DNA from: Verrucomicrobiota bacterium
Lineage (GTDB): Bacteria > Verrucomicrobiota > Lentisphaeria > Lentisphaerales > Lentisphaeraceae
DNA: 18,484 nt
NCBI GenBank assembly: GCA_039798785.1
Contig: JBDKFG010000083.1
Span: 1 to 18,484, forward strand
Direction: 5' to 3'
The notes under the pieces were generated by a model. The model made no database searches and was not told where the DNA came from. It saw only the letters and a program-made list of their open reading frames with translations. Below, piece after piece: positions 1 to 7,801 of this stretch (its first letter is position 1; each line of letters starts with the position of its first letter). Made by a program: the position numbers and the translations under genes.

Positions 1-538
1 GTTGAGGCTGGTGCCTGACTTGAGGTAGAGGCTGGAGCCGACGATGACGAAGCTGGCGGCGTCGGCGCCGGTCAGCGACAGAGTTTCCGAGCCCAAGGCA
101 TCATCCGTGACTGCGATGTCCGCAAGCTTGACATTGCTGGCGGTGCTGGCGCTTTCGGCCAGGGAGGTGGTGGTGTTGGAGAAGACGACTGCCGTCGGGG
201 CTTCGTTGACGTCGGTGATCGCCAGGGTGAAGCTGTTGCTGATGCTGGCACCGAGGGCAGCGTCGGTGGCGACGACGTTGACGGCGTAGCTGGTTTTGCT
301 TTCGTAGTTGAGGCTGGTGCCCGACTTGAGGTAGAGGCTGGAGCCGACGATGGTGAAGCTGGCGGCGTCAGTGCCGCTGAGGCTGAGCGTATTGGTGCCG
401 AGCGCGTCATCGGTGACAGCGATGTCCGCAAGCTTGACGTTGCTGGCGGTGCTGGCGCTTTCGGTCAAGGAGGTGGTGGTGTTGGAGAAGACGACGGCGC
501 TCGGGGCTTCGTTGACGTCGGTGATTGAGAGAGTGAAG
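1..538 (-). repeat. 306-bp (102-aa) tandem cadherin-domain repeat, about 1.75 copies visible
   Basis: gttgaggctggtgcc at 1 recurs at 307, and cggggcttcgttgacgtcggtgat occurs at 196 and 502. Encoded units are near-identical (VVFSNTTTSL.ESASTASNVKLADIAVTDDALG). Confidence 0.95.
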
Positions 539-3450
539 GATTGGCGCCCGATGGCGTTGCCGGCATGAGCGAGGATATCGACATGATATTGGGCCTGCGT
601 CTCGAAGTCGGCGTGGCTGTTGAAATGAAGATCGCCCGTGAGCGCATCGAGAGTGAAAGCAGCCGCATCGTCTCCGGCGAGGCTGTAGCTGACGGGGGTG
701 GAGAGCAGGGCCAAGGATGCGGACACGGTCAGCAGAGGCGCGCTCGGATCACTGCTTTCCGCGATGCTGGAGCTTGCCGGCGAAGAGAAAACCGGGACGC
801 CGTTATCGGTGATGATGGCGGCTTCCACCAAGAGGCTGAGTCCGGGGGAGGCGTCGTTGACCCAGGTGTGGTAGATGCGACCATCGTGCAAGGTGTCGCC
901 ATCCTGGCGGGTGTAGCCTTGAAGCAGGAGCGAGGCGGTGGCGTCGCCGCTGACCAGGATGCCGGAGAGTGAGGCCGGAAGAGTCTGGACGCTTGCGTGG
1001 TGGCCATTGAGATCAATCTGGTCAAAGCCGGCAAGACCGGCTAGCTGAGCCTGATCGAGAGTCGCATCGCCGAGGAGGAGGAGGGTGTCGAAGGCATCCC
1101 CGGCCTGAATGAGTCCAAGTGACGAGGAGCCGTCCCAGGAGACCAGGTTGTCGCCATTTCCCAGGTCGATGGAGCCGCTGTTTGCCGCTCCGCCGAGGAA
1201 ATCCAAATGGTCGCTGCCCGAACCGCTGCGGAGCTGTCCGGCGTTGTCGCCGCCGAGCACGATCTCGTTGTCGCCGTTGCCGAGGTCGATGCTGCCGGAG
1301 TTGCTGCCGTCCAGTCTGAGCTCGTCGCCGCCGGAGCCGACGAGGATGTCGCCGCTGTTGTCGCCGCCGAGGCCGATCTTGTTGTCGCCGTTGCCGAGGT
1401 CGATGCTGCCGGAGTTGCTGCCGCCGAGGCTGAGCTCGTCGCCGCCGGAGCCGGCGAGGATGTCGCCGCTGCCAGTATTCGAGCCGGCGAGATTGAGCGT
1501 GTTGTCGCCGTTGCCGAGGTCGATGCTGCCGGAGTTGCTGCCGCCGAGGCTGAGATTGTCGCTGCCGGAGCCGGCGAGGAGGCTGCCGCTATTGCCGCCG
1601 TCGAGCTTGATCAGGCTGTCGCCGCCGCCGAGGTCGATGGAGCCGCTGTTGACAGCTTCTTCCTCGAGGACGAGCTGGTCGTAGCCGCTGCCGGCGCTGA
1701 TCGAGCCTTCATTGCCTTCGGCGAGGGTGATGGCGTGCGCCGAGTCGTCCAGCTGCACCGTCTCGGCATTGACGCTTTCGAAGGTTTTCTCGGAAAGGCT
1801 GATGGGGTAGAAATGGATGTTGCCGACGACCAGGGGGAGCTTGTGAAGCGGGTCGCTCAAGGTGAAGGAGAAGGTCGGAGCCAGGTCGCTGCCGTCGTGG
1901 GTGAAGACGACCCGTTTGAGCTTGACGTCTTCGAGGGAGAACTGCTCGACGGTGTCGCCCAGGCGGGTGAAGCGGCCGTGGCTGAGATCGCTGACCCGGA
2001 AGAGCAGCTCGGAATCGCGTCTCGAGCTGTCGCCATCGTGGGCGTTGAGCTGGGAGACGCCGAGGGTCAGCGAGCCTCCCTTGGTGATGATGAAGTCGTT
2101 GCGGTCGATCTGCGGCGTCAGGGAATCGCCCTCTGCGCTGCGGGTGAAGAAGGTGCGGGCGGCCGAGCTCTTGCCGCTGTCGTCCGCGGCCTTGACGGTG
2201 AAGCTGGCGAGTGTCCCCGGCTTGCCGGTGTGGCGGAAGGAGACGAGGCCGTTCTCGATGTCCGCGACGGAGAACCTGGTCGAGACCAGGCCGGCGCGGA
2301 GGAACTGGCCGTTCTTGGCGCTGGCGGAAAAGACGATGGAGGAGCTGCCGGCGACCAGGTTCATCTCTTCGTCCGAGGCGAAGAGCAGGCCGCTGGTGAT
2401 CTTGACGGTGTCGCCGGGATTGACGGCGAGGTCGTGGCCGATGAGGACGGGGGCGTCGTTGACGGCCTTGAAGAGGAAGGGGATCGCGCTTGAGCCGAGA
2501 TCGCTGCCGGAGTGGCTGATCTTGAGGCTCAAGGAGGGTGCCGCCTCGGCGCCGTCATGCTTCAAGCTGATCAACCCGGCTTTCAGCTGCGCGTAGTCGA
2601 AAGAGGAGACGCTGCGGCTGGTCTTGGCGTCGATCTTGAGCTGGAGCTTGGCATGGGCGATCGATTCGACCGTGAAGCGGAGGCCGGGAAGGAGGGCGGC
2701 CTCGAACTGCGGCAGGACGGCTTTCAGGCTGGCGAGTCCGGCCTCCTTGATCAGCAGCGGCTTGGCGACTTTCAGGAGGGCGGGAGTCGGAGCGGGGAGG
2801 GAGGCTGCCAGATTGTCGAGCGGCGCGGTGAAGCTGGTCTTACTGCTCTTGCCGTAGGCGTCGGCGACGGCGAGGTTGATGATCGGCGCGAGGGCGCTGC
2901 CGTCGTGCTTGAAGTGGACTCGTCCGGCGTCGACATCGGCGAGGTTGAAGCTGGTGCTGGCGTAGCCGTTGAGGAGGAAGAGGCCATGGGTGGCCTTGGC
3001 GCTGAACTGCAGGCTGCCGGGGTCGCTCCCTTCTTCGTTCCCGGCCTCGATCATGCTGCGGTCGACAAGCACGACGCCGCCGGCCGCGATGCTGAAGCCG
3101 GCGTGGGTGAAGCCAGGCGCGTCGTTGACCGCCTTGTAGGTGATCAGGGGGCTGGCCCAGTCGCTGGCGAGTCCGGGCGCCTGAGCTTGCAGCGAGATCG
3201 AGGGCAGGCTCGTCTGCGCGGCCGAGGCCTCGACCTTGAGGGAGATCAAGCCCGCCTTGAGATCGCCGTAGGAGAAGCCGGTGACGCTGGCTCCCGCCTT
3301 CAAAACCTGCAGCCCGGAAAGATCGCGGATCTCGAACTTCAGCTCCGCCAAGACCGGAAGGAAATCAGTCGAGAGTAACAGATGCGATGTCCCCAGCTTG
3401 AGCACTGCGGATTCGATGAGAGTCAGGGGCTTGACGATCAAAAAGGCCAT
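1..3450 (-). CDS. Giant repetitive surface adhesin (cadherin-like and RTX-like repeats), 3'-truncated by the window edge, at least 1150 aa
   Basis: Translated by hand. ATG at 3450 is preceded by GGAG, and the frame is open to base 1. It starts MAFLIVKPLTLIESAVLKLG. Contains CSPG/Cadherin_3-type motifs (FNLADVDAGRVHFKHDGS, FSLEDVKLKRVVFTHDGS, AVNDAP), GSIDLGNGDN/AGSGGDEL repeats, and classic bacterial cadherin motifs (LNYESKTSY, ITDVNEAP). Missing from the ORF track, presumably because there is no stop codon in the window. Confidence 0.93.
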   Translation of the reverse strand, partial: MAFLIVKPLTLIESAVLKLGTSHLLLSTDFLPVLAELKFEIRDLSGLQVLKAGASVTGFSYGDLKAGLISLKVEASAAQTSLPSISLQAQAPGLASDWASPLITYKAVNDAPGFTHAGFSIAAGGVVLVDRSMIEAGNEEGSDPGSLQFSAKATHGLFLLNGYASTSFNLADVDAGRVHFKHDGSALAPIINLAVADAYGKSSKTSFTAPLDNLAASLPAPTPALLKVAKPLLIKEAGLASLKAVLPQFEAALLPGLRFTVESIAHAKLQLKIDAKTSRSVSSFDYAQLKAGLISLKHDGAEAAPSLSLKISHSGSDLGSSAIPFLFKAVNDAPVLIGHDLAVNPGDTVKITSGLLFASDEEMNLVAGSSSIVFSASAKNGQFLRAGLVSTRFSVADIENGLVSFRHTGKPGTLASFTVKAADDSGKSSAARTFFTRSAEGDSLTPQIDRNDFIITKGGSLTLGVSQLNAHDGDSSRRDSELLFRVSDLSHGRFTRLGDTVEQFSLEDVKLKRVVFTHDGSDLAPTFSFTLSDPLHKLPLVVGNIHFYPISLSEKTFESVNAETVQLDDSAHAITLAEGNEGSISAGSGYDQLVLEEEAVNSGSIDLGGGDSLIKLDGGNSGSLLAGSGSDNLSLGGSNSGSIDLGNGDNTLNLAGSNTGSGDILAGSGGDELSLGGSNSGSIDLGNGDNKIGLGGDNSGDILVGSGGDELRLDGSNSGSIDLGNGDNEIVLGGDNAGQLRSGSGSDHLDFLGGAANSGSIDLGNGDNLVSWDGSSSLGLIQAGDAFDTLLLLGDATLDQAQLAGLAGFDQIDLNGHHASVQTLPASLSGILVSGDATASLLLQGYTRQDGDTLHDGRIYHTWVNDASPGLSLLVEAAIITDNGVPVFSSPASSSIAESSDPSAPLLTVSASLALLSTPVSYSLAGDDAAAFTLDALTGDLHFNSHADFETQAQYHVDILAHAGNAIGRQSFTLSITDVNEAPSAVVFSNTTTSLTESASTASNVKLADIAVTDDALGTNTLSLSGTDAASFTIVGSSLYLKSGTSLNYESKTSYAVNVVATDAALGASISNSFTLAITDVNEAPTAVVFSNTTTSLAESASTASNVKLADIAVTDDALGSETLSLTGADAASFVIVGSSLYLKSGTSLN
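1100..1730 (-). repeat. Gly/Asp/Asn-rich RTX-like repeat block (38-40 aa period, made of two ~19-aa half units)
   Basis: Five copies of NSGSIDLG(N/G)GD(N/S), with anchors at 1147, 1267, 1381, 1501 and 1615 (spacings 120/114/120/114 bp). They alternate with xGSG(G/S)DxL units. Confidence 0.9.
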
Positions 3451-3566
3451 GGGCTGTCTCCGGCTTATTGTGACACAAGATAGCGGGAATTGACGAATTC
3501 CCCGCACTAAGCCAAAATTATTTAAATAACACAATATCAATACAATCCATGTAAATTCCCGTAAAT

Positions 3567-3597
3567 CGAAAAGCCCGCTTTTTCAGCGGGCTTTTCG
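3567..3597. terminator. Rho-independent terminator downstream of yebC (potentially bidirectional)
   Basis: Perfect 13-bp inverted repeat cgaaaagcccgct-ttttc-agcgggcttttcg, with A/T tracts at both ends, about 20 nt after the yebC stop. Confidence 0.8.
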
Positions 3598-3616
3598 GCG
3601 GTGCTTGGCCAGACGA

Positions 3617-4339
3617 TCAGGAAGGCAGTTCGGCGTTGTGGTAGACTTCCTGGACGTCATCGAGTTCATTAAGCATGTCGACGAGTTTTTCGAAGCGGGC
3701 GGCGTCATCGCCGGCGAGAGCGCTGGTGTTCTGAGGCTCGAAGGTGACTTCATCGATTTCCAGTTCGACCTTGGGGAACTTCTCGACCAGTGCGGCTTTA
3801 GCTTTGCTGTAGTCATTCGGCGGGGCGATGACGGTGATGATGCCGTTTTCGTTCTGGATGTCCTTGACGTCGACATCGGCTTCCATCATCGCTTCAAGGA
3901 CGGCGTTTTCGTCGTCGGATTTGAAGGCGAAGAGGGCGACGTGATCGAACATGTGAATGACCGAACCTGGCCCGGCAATCTTGCAATCGCATTTATTGAA
4001 GCAGTTGCGGAGATCGGAAATGGTGCGGTTGTTGTTGTCGGTGAGGCAGTCGATGATCAGCATGGTGCCGCCAGGGCCATATCCTTCGTAACGGGCAGCT
4101 GAGAAGTCTTCGCCGCCGGCGCCCTTGGCTTTTTTGAGGGCGTTATCGACGATGTGGCTGGGCACCTGCGCTTTTTTGGCCCGTTCAAGGACACGACGGA
4201 GGGCGGGATTGCTTTCCGGATCAGGTATGCCTGACTTGGCTGCGACATAGATTTCACGGCCATACTTGGTGTACAGCTTGATTTTCATGCTGGCGGTCTT
4301 GGCCATCGCCACTTTCCGGTTGTCAAAGCTTCTGCCCAT
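3617..4339 (-). CDS. yebC: YebC/PmpR family protein
   Basis: 240 aa with family motifs PDPESNPALR, YEGYGPGG, DCLTDNNNRT and LNELDDVQEVYHNA. GAGG RBS upstream. Confidence 0.96.
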   Translation of the reverse strand: MGRSFDNRKVAMAKTASMKIKLYTKYGREIYVAAKSGIPDPESNPALRRVLERAKKAQVPSHIVDNALKKAKGAGGEDFSAARYEGYGPGGTMLIIDCLTDNNNRTISDLRNCFNKCDCKIAGPGSVIHMFDHVALFAFKSDDENAVLEAMMEADVDVKDIQNENGIITVIAPPNDYSKAKAALVEKFPKVELEIDEVTFEPQNTSALAGDDAARFEKLVDMLNELDDVQEVYHNAELPS

Positions 4340-4428
4340 GATGGTCCTCGATTCGATGATTCTGGTTTCTGTTGCGGCGCCAATACTAACCGTCTTTGCA
4401 AGATTTGAAAGCAGGCCTCACGAGAGGC

Positions 4429-5454
4429 TCAGGAGTGACCTATGAGACGCTGCATCTTCTCGGTGACTGCGGCGGAGTAGGTCTGCTCCTTGCGGTAGAT
4501 CTGGATGTAGCCTTCTTCGGAAAGACGGCGCATCAGCCCCGAGAATCCCTGGGTCTTGGAGATGCCGAATCGGGTCGGGGAGAAGGCAGGATCGTGCTTG
4601 ATCAAGCGGTCGTTGATGCGGGAGAACATCGATCGTCCTTCATGCTCCGACTCCTTGATCGCTTTGTAGAGCTGAGCAAGGAAGTCGCGTCCGATGGCGA
4701 GATTCGGCAACTGTTCCCCCTCCTCCTTCTTCTCCTGTCGGGGCAGGGAGACGAGGACGTCGCCGTCGGAAGCATGGGAGAGGTCGACGATCTTGTCGGC
4801 TGCGGCCTGGCGCAGGAAGCCTCGCCACTGGGCGAAGCCGTATTCGGACTCGGAGAAGCCGGGGCGGACTTGTTTGATCCGTGATTTGACGGCGGAGCCG
4901 GTGGTCTCGGCGCCTTCGGCCATCAAGGCCTTGATCGCGCTGGTCAGGTATTTGTAGGCGGTGTTCAGATCTGAAACCTCGACCTCGCTTTCAGTCAAGG
5001 ACGCATAGTAGATGATCTCGTCGCAATAACCGGCGAGAAGCTTGGAAGTCGACTTCGAGTGTCCGACGACGATGACATACTTGTCGTACTCTCGCAGCTT
5101 GGAAATCAGGGAGGTGTAGTCGCTATCGCCGGAGACGATGACGAAGGCATCGACATACTCTTTCATCAAGGCAGTCTCGAGAGCATCGACGGTGAGCTTC
5201 ATGTCGGCGCCGTTCTTGCCTCTTTTGCCGTGGGAAGGCATCTCGATCAGCTCAATCGAGTTCTCGAGCATCTGCTGCTTGAATTTCGGGAATCGTCCCC
5301 AGTCGGCATAGGCGCGCTTCATGATGATGCGGGCCTCCCGCGGCAGATCAATCATGTCGAGCAGGTTGTCAGCGCGGAAATTGATCTCCTTGTCGGCACC
5401 GAAATTTTCGAAGTCGATGAAAAGGGCGACGTTGCGCAGTTCTTCTTTGATCAT
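4429..5454 (-). CDS. NYN (LabA/DUF88, PIN-like) domain protein with C-terminal OST-HTH/LOTUS domains
   Basis: NYN acidic motifs VALFIDFEN, AYADW, KNGADMKLTVDA, IVSGDSDY and GYCDEII. The C-terminus has PGFSESEYGFAQWRGFL and PAFSPTRFGISKTQGFSGLM, typical of OST-HTH. Confidence 0.92.
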   Translation of the reverse strand: MIKEELRNVALFIDFENFGADKEINFRADNLLDMIDLPREARIIMKRAYADWGRFPKFKQQMLENSIELIEMPSHGKRGKNGADMKLTVDALETALMKEYVDAFVIVSGDSDYTSLISKLREYDKYVIVVGHSKSTSKLLAGYCDEIIYYASLTESEVEVSDLNTAYKYLTSAIKALMAEGAETTGSAVKSRIKQVRPGFSESEYGFAQWRGFLRQAAADKIVDLSHASDGDVLVSLPRQEKKEEGEQLPNLAIGRDFLAQLYKAIKESEHEGRSMFSRINDRLIKHDPAFSPTRFGISKTQGFSGLMRRLSEEGYIQIYRKEQTYSAAVTEKMQRLIGHS

Positions 5455-5561
5455 CAGGTCTTCTCCATGAATGAGGGATTTGCTCGCCTAAGCTACGGCA
5501 TGACATCGGCTTTGACTTGGCGTCGGAAGGATTTCGCCGATCGATGAAAAGGGCTGAGGTC

Positions 5562-5592
5562 AAAAAAGACGCCAGGGACGGATCCCTGGCGT
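5562..5592 (-). terminator. Rho-independent terminator after tRNA-Ser
   Basis: On the minus strand acgccaggga-tccg-tccctggcgt (10-bp stem) is followed by cTTTTTT, 10 nt downstream of the tRNA CCA. Confidence 0.85.
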
Positions 5593-5602
5593 GCTTAAAT
5601 CT

Positions 5603-5694
5603 TGGCGGAGAGGGAGGGATTCGAACCCTCGGGACAAGTTACCCTGTCCGACAGTTTAGCAAACTGTTGCTTTAGGCCACTCAGCCACCTCTCC
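5603..5694 (-). tRNA. tRNA-Ser (anticodon GCT)
   Basis: Reverse complement reads GGAGAGGTGGCTGAGTGGCCTAAAGCA-ACAGT-TTGCTAA-ACTGT, then a long variable arm, GGTTCGAATCC, and CTCTCCGCCA. It is a 92-nt class II tRNA with encoded CCA. Confidence 0.97.
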
Positions 5695-5710
5695 GGTTTG
5701 AGCGTTGCAT

Positions 5711-5738
5711 AGTATACTGAGCCTCAGCAAGGCGACAA
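5711..5738 (-). promoter_or_regulatory. Putative sigma70 promoter of tRNA-Ser
   Basis: Minus strand TTGTCG-16 nt-TATACT, ending 16 nt before the tRNA 5' end. Confidence 0.5.
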
Positions 5739-5794
5739 GGGGCTCTAGCGACAAAAATGCGAGAAATCTCGTGGACTTCCTGCCCTACTTGGAA

Positions 5795-6883
5795 TCAAAG
5801 CCGGGCGAGGGCGGCCATTTGGGTCTGATGCCATTCGTGGAGACGCCCGAGGTGGAGGCTGTCGCCATTGAAGGAATCGAGGGCGCCCTGCCAGTTGACT
5901 TTCAGGCTCGGGCCTGAAAGCGTACCCGGAAGATGACCTTGAGCGAGAAGGAAGAGCTTGAGAAGGTGAGTCTGACGAAGGGGCAACTCGGGAATTTGAA
6001 GAGGAGGGAGGCGAGGCGCCTCGACGAACGAGGCGCCGTTGAGAGCTTCGTAACGGCAGAGCTCCTTGTGGAGTTGACGACTCAGCTCGAGTTGGGCATT
6101 TCCATCGAGAAGTCCCGAGAAGAGCAGCTCGAGATTGACTCTGTCGACCACAGGCGAGACCTGCCAGCCATAACCGGCGACACGCACCAGAGTGTCGGCG
6201 AGCTGGACTGAGGCTAGGACCTCATCCTCCTCGCGCAGAGGCAAAGAGATTAGGTCGTGATGCTGCTGACAGCTGGCGCTGAGATAATCAGGCAGATTCC
6301 AGCGGCTGCAGAGCTCGCGGGCGACTTCAGTGTGGCAACGTCCAAAAACGTGTTTCTCGGCGAAGTGCAGGGGCACTCCATCGCTGGAAGCCAATCGTCT
6401 CGCCTCCTTGAATTTCTCCGGCATGAAATCCTGGAACACGGCGCGGCCGATATCATGCAGAAGACCGGCCAAAAAGGTATGTTCGGGGCTGTGATGATGG
6501 AGGCGGCGGCAAATCATCTTGCCCATGCAGCCGACCGCCAAGGAATGGCTCCAGAGGATCTTGCGAGTCTCCTCGCGCTCCTTGGTGCCGTGAAAATACT
6601 TCTGCACGGCAACTCCCGCGACCAACTCGCGCAGGCCTTTAAAGCCGATGATGACGATCGCTTCGGTGACCGTGCCGACCTGACGCGACAGGCCATAGGT
6701 CGAGGAGTTGGCAATCTTCAAGACCCGCGCAGCCAAGGCTTGATCGGAACTCAAGATCTCGGCTGCAACACTGGCCTGCACCGAAGTGCCCTCGGTCAGC
6801 GATAGCATCCTCGTCGCCGCCGCGGGCATCGGCTCGATATGCTCGAGATGGCGGATCAAATTGCCTAGAAGTTGGTGGTCCAT
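5795..6883 (-). CDS. HDOD domain-containing signal transduction protein
   Basis: Motifs ILSSDQALAARVLKIANS, AIVIIG, LWSHSLAVG, FLAGLLHDIGR, HTEVARELCSRWNLP and HHD. The ATG at 6883 has an AAGGAAG RBS and is preferred over the TTG at 6907. Confidence 0.92.
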   Translation of the reverse strand: MDHQLLGNLIRHLEHIEPMPAAATRMLSLTEGTSVQASVAAEILSSDQALAARVLKIANSSTYGLSRQVGTVTEAIVIIGFKGLRELVAGVAVQKYFHGTKEREETRKILWSHSLAVGCMGKMICRRLHHHSPEHTFLAGLLHDIGRAVFQDFMPEKFKEARRLASSDGVPLHFAEKHVFGRCHTEVARELCSRWNLPDYLSASCQQHHDLISLPLREEDEVLASVQLADTLVRVAGYGWQVSPVVDRVNLELLFSGLLDGNAQLELSRQLHKELCRYEALNGASFVEAPRLPPLQIPELPLRQTHLLKLFLLAQGHLPGTLSGPSLKVNWQGALDSFNGDSLHLGRLHEWHQTQMAALARL

Positions 6884-7068
6884 GTCGCTTCCTTGCTCGA
6901 TTGCCAACTATTATCGCACCACTCGAAGCCGAATGGCAAGTTTTTTTTCCGAAATGAATCACGATCTCCCTGCGATACAGAAGATTCGTAAATGCATCCG
7001 GCTGGCTAAAGCTAGGGTGCTACAGTTTATTGTCAATAACAGTCTTATCAAAAACAAGACTTTGGAAC

Positions 7069-7797
7069 TCAGGTGAGCGCGGGGCGCCAGGGGCTGCGGC
7101 TGAGCCAACTGGCGACTGCCAGTGCCTTGCGAGGCATACTGGCAGAAGCCAGGTAGCGATCGATGAAAAGCCGCATACCGGCCTCTTCGATATAGTCGCG
7201 ATCGCTTTTCAAGCGAAGCAGGGCGCCAAGATTTCGGATCCTCGCCAAGGGACCGAGGGAGAAGCGGCGGCAGCGCAAGTCGGCGATGTCGATCAGGGCG
7301 AAGCGCTGATCGGGGGTGAGCAGAACATTTCCGAGATGGAGGGAGCGGAAGTGGACGCCAAGCTGGTGGAGATGGGCGCAGAAATCAGCAAGGCGTAGAA
7401 GCAGTGCCTTTCTTTCCTCGGGGCTGGCGGCGTCGAGGACGCTGCGAAGGGCGGTGCCGGGAAGCAGGGGATAGACGACGGCATCACGCTTCTGGCTGGG
7501 AATGCGGAGCACGGCGCTGACGTCGACGCTCGGGATGTCGAGCATGGCGAGGCGGCGGGCGTTTTCGGCGAATCGCGACGCGTAGGGAAAGAGGGCCGCC
7601 GAGCTCATCAGGCTCTTGCGGCGGAAGAGCTTGACGATGCGTCCGGAAGGAGTGAGCAGGACCTTGGGCCCGAATTTATCCGCCTCGAGAAGGCGGGCGC
7701 CGGCGACAAGTGACTGGAAGTCGTTTTCTGAGATGGTTTGCAAAGGCTTGATTCCATGAAAATGGGGAAAGTCAGACAATAACGCCGCCGGCGGCAT
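7069..7797 (-). CDS. Kdo/WaaP/InaA-like kinase-fold protein ('toluene tolerance protein'-like)
   Basis: LEADKFGPKVL...VKLFRRK...PYASRFAENARRL, and HQLGVHFRSLHLGNVL...FALIDIADL. Start uncertain; TTG at 7743 is an alternative. Confidence 0.75.
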   Translation of the reverse strand: MPPAALLSDFPHFHGIKPLQTISENDFQSLVAGARLLEADKFGPKVLLTPSGRIVKLFRRKSLMSSAALFPYASRFAENARRLAMLDIPSVDVSAVLRIPSQKRDAVVYPLLPGTALRSVLDAASPEERKALLLRLADFCAHLHQLGVHFRSLHLGNVLLTPDQRFALIDIADLRCRRFSLGPLARIRNLGALLRLKSDRDYIEEAGMRLFIDRYLASASMPRKALAVASWLSRSPWRPALT

Positions 7798-7801
7798 CCG
7801 T

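Noticed and set aside
1140..1660. Regularly spaced ~40-bp repeats resembling a CRISPR array
   Set aside because: Spacings are multiples of 3, the intervening sequences resemble each other, the repeats encode protein in an open frame, and no cas genes are present.
44..3493. Long plus-strand ORFs (e.g. 1207..2493, 1862..2596, 2512..3378) and short alternative minus-frame ORFs
   Set aside because: They are antisense or off-frame shadows of the GC-rich adhesin gene, which carries the recognisable motifs.
5603..5650. tRNA 3' end as an integration site (attL/attR)
   Set aside because: I saw no second copy of the tRNA 3' end and no integrase. A native terminator follows directly.
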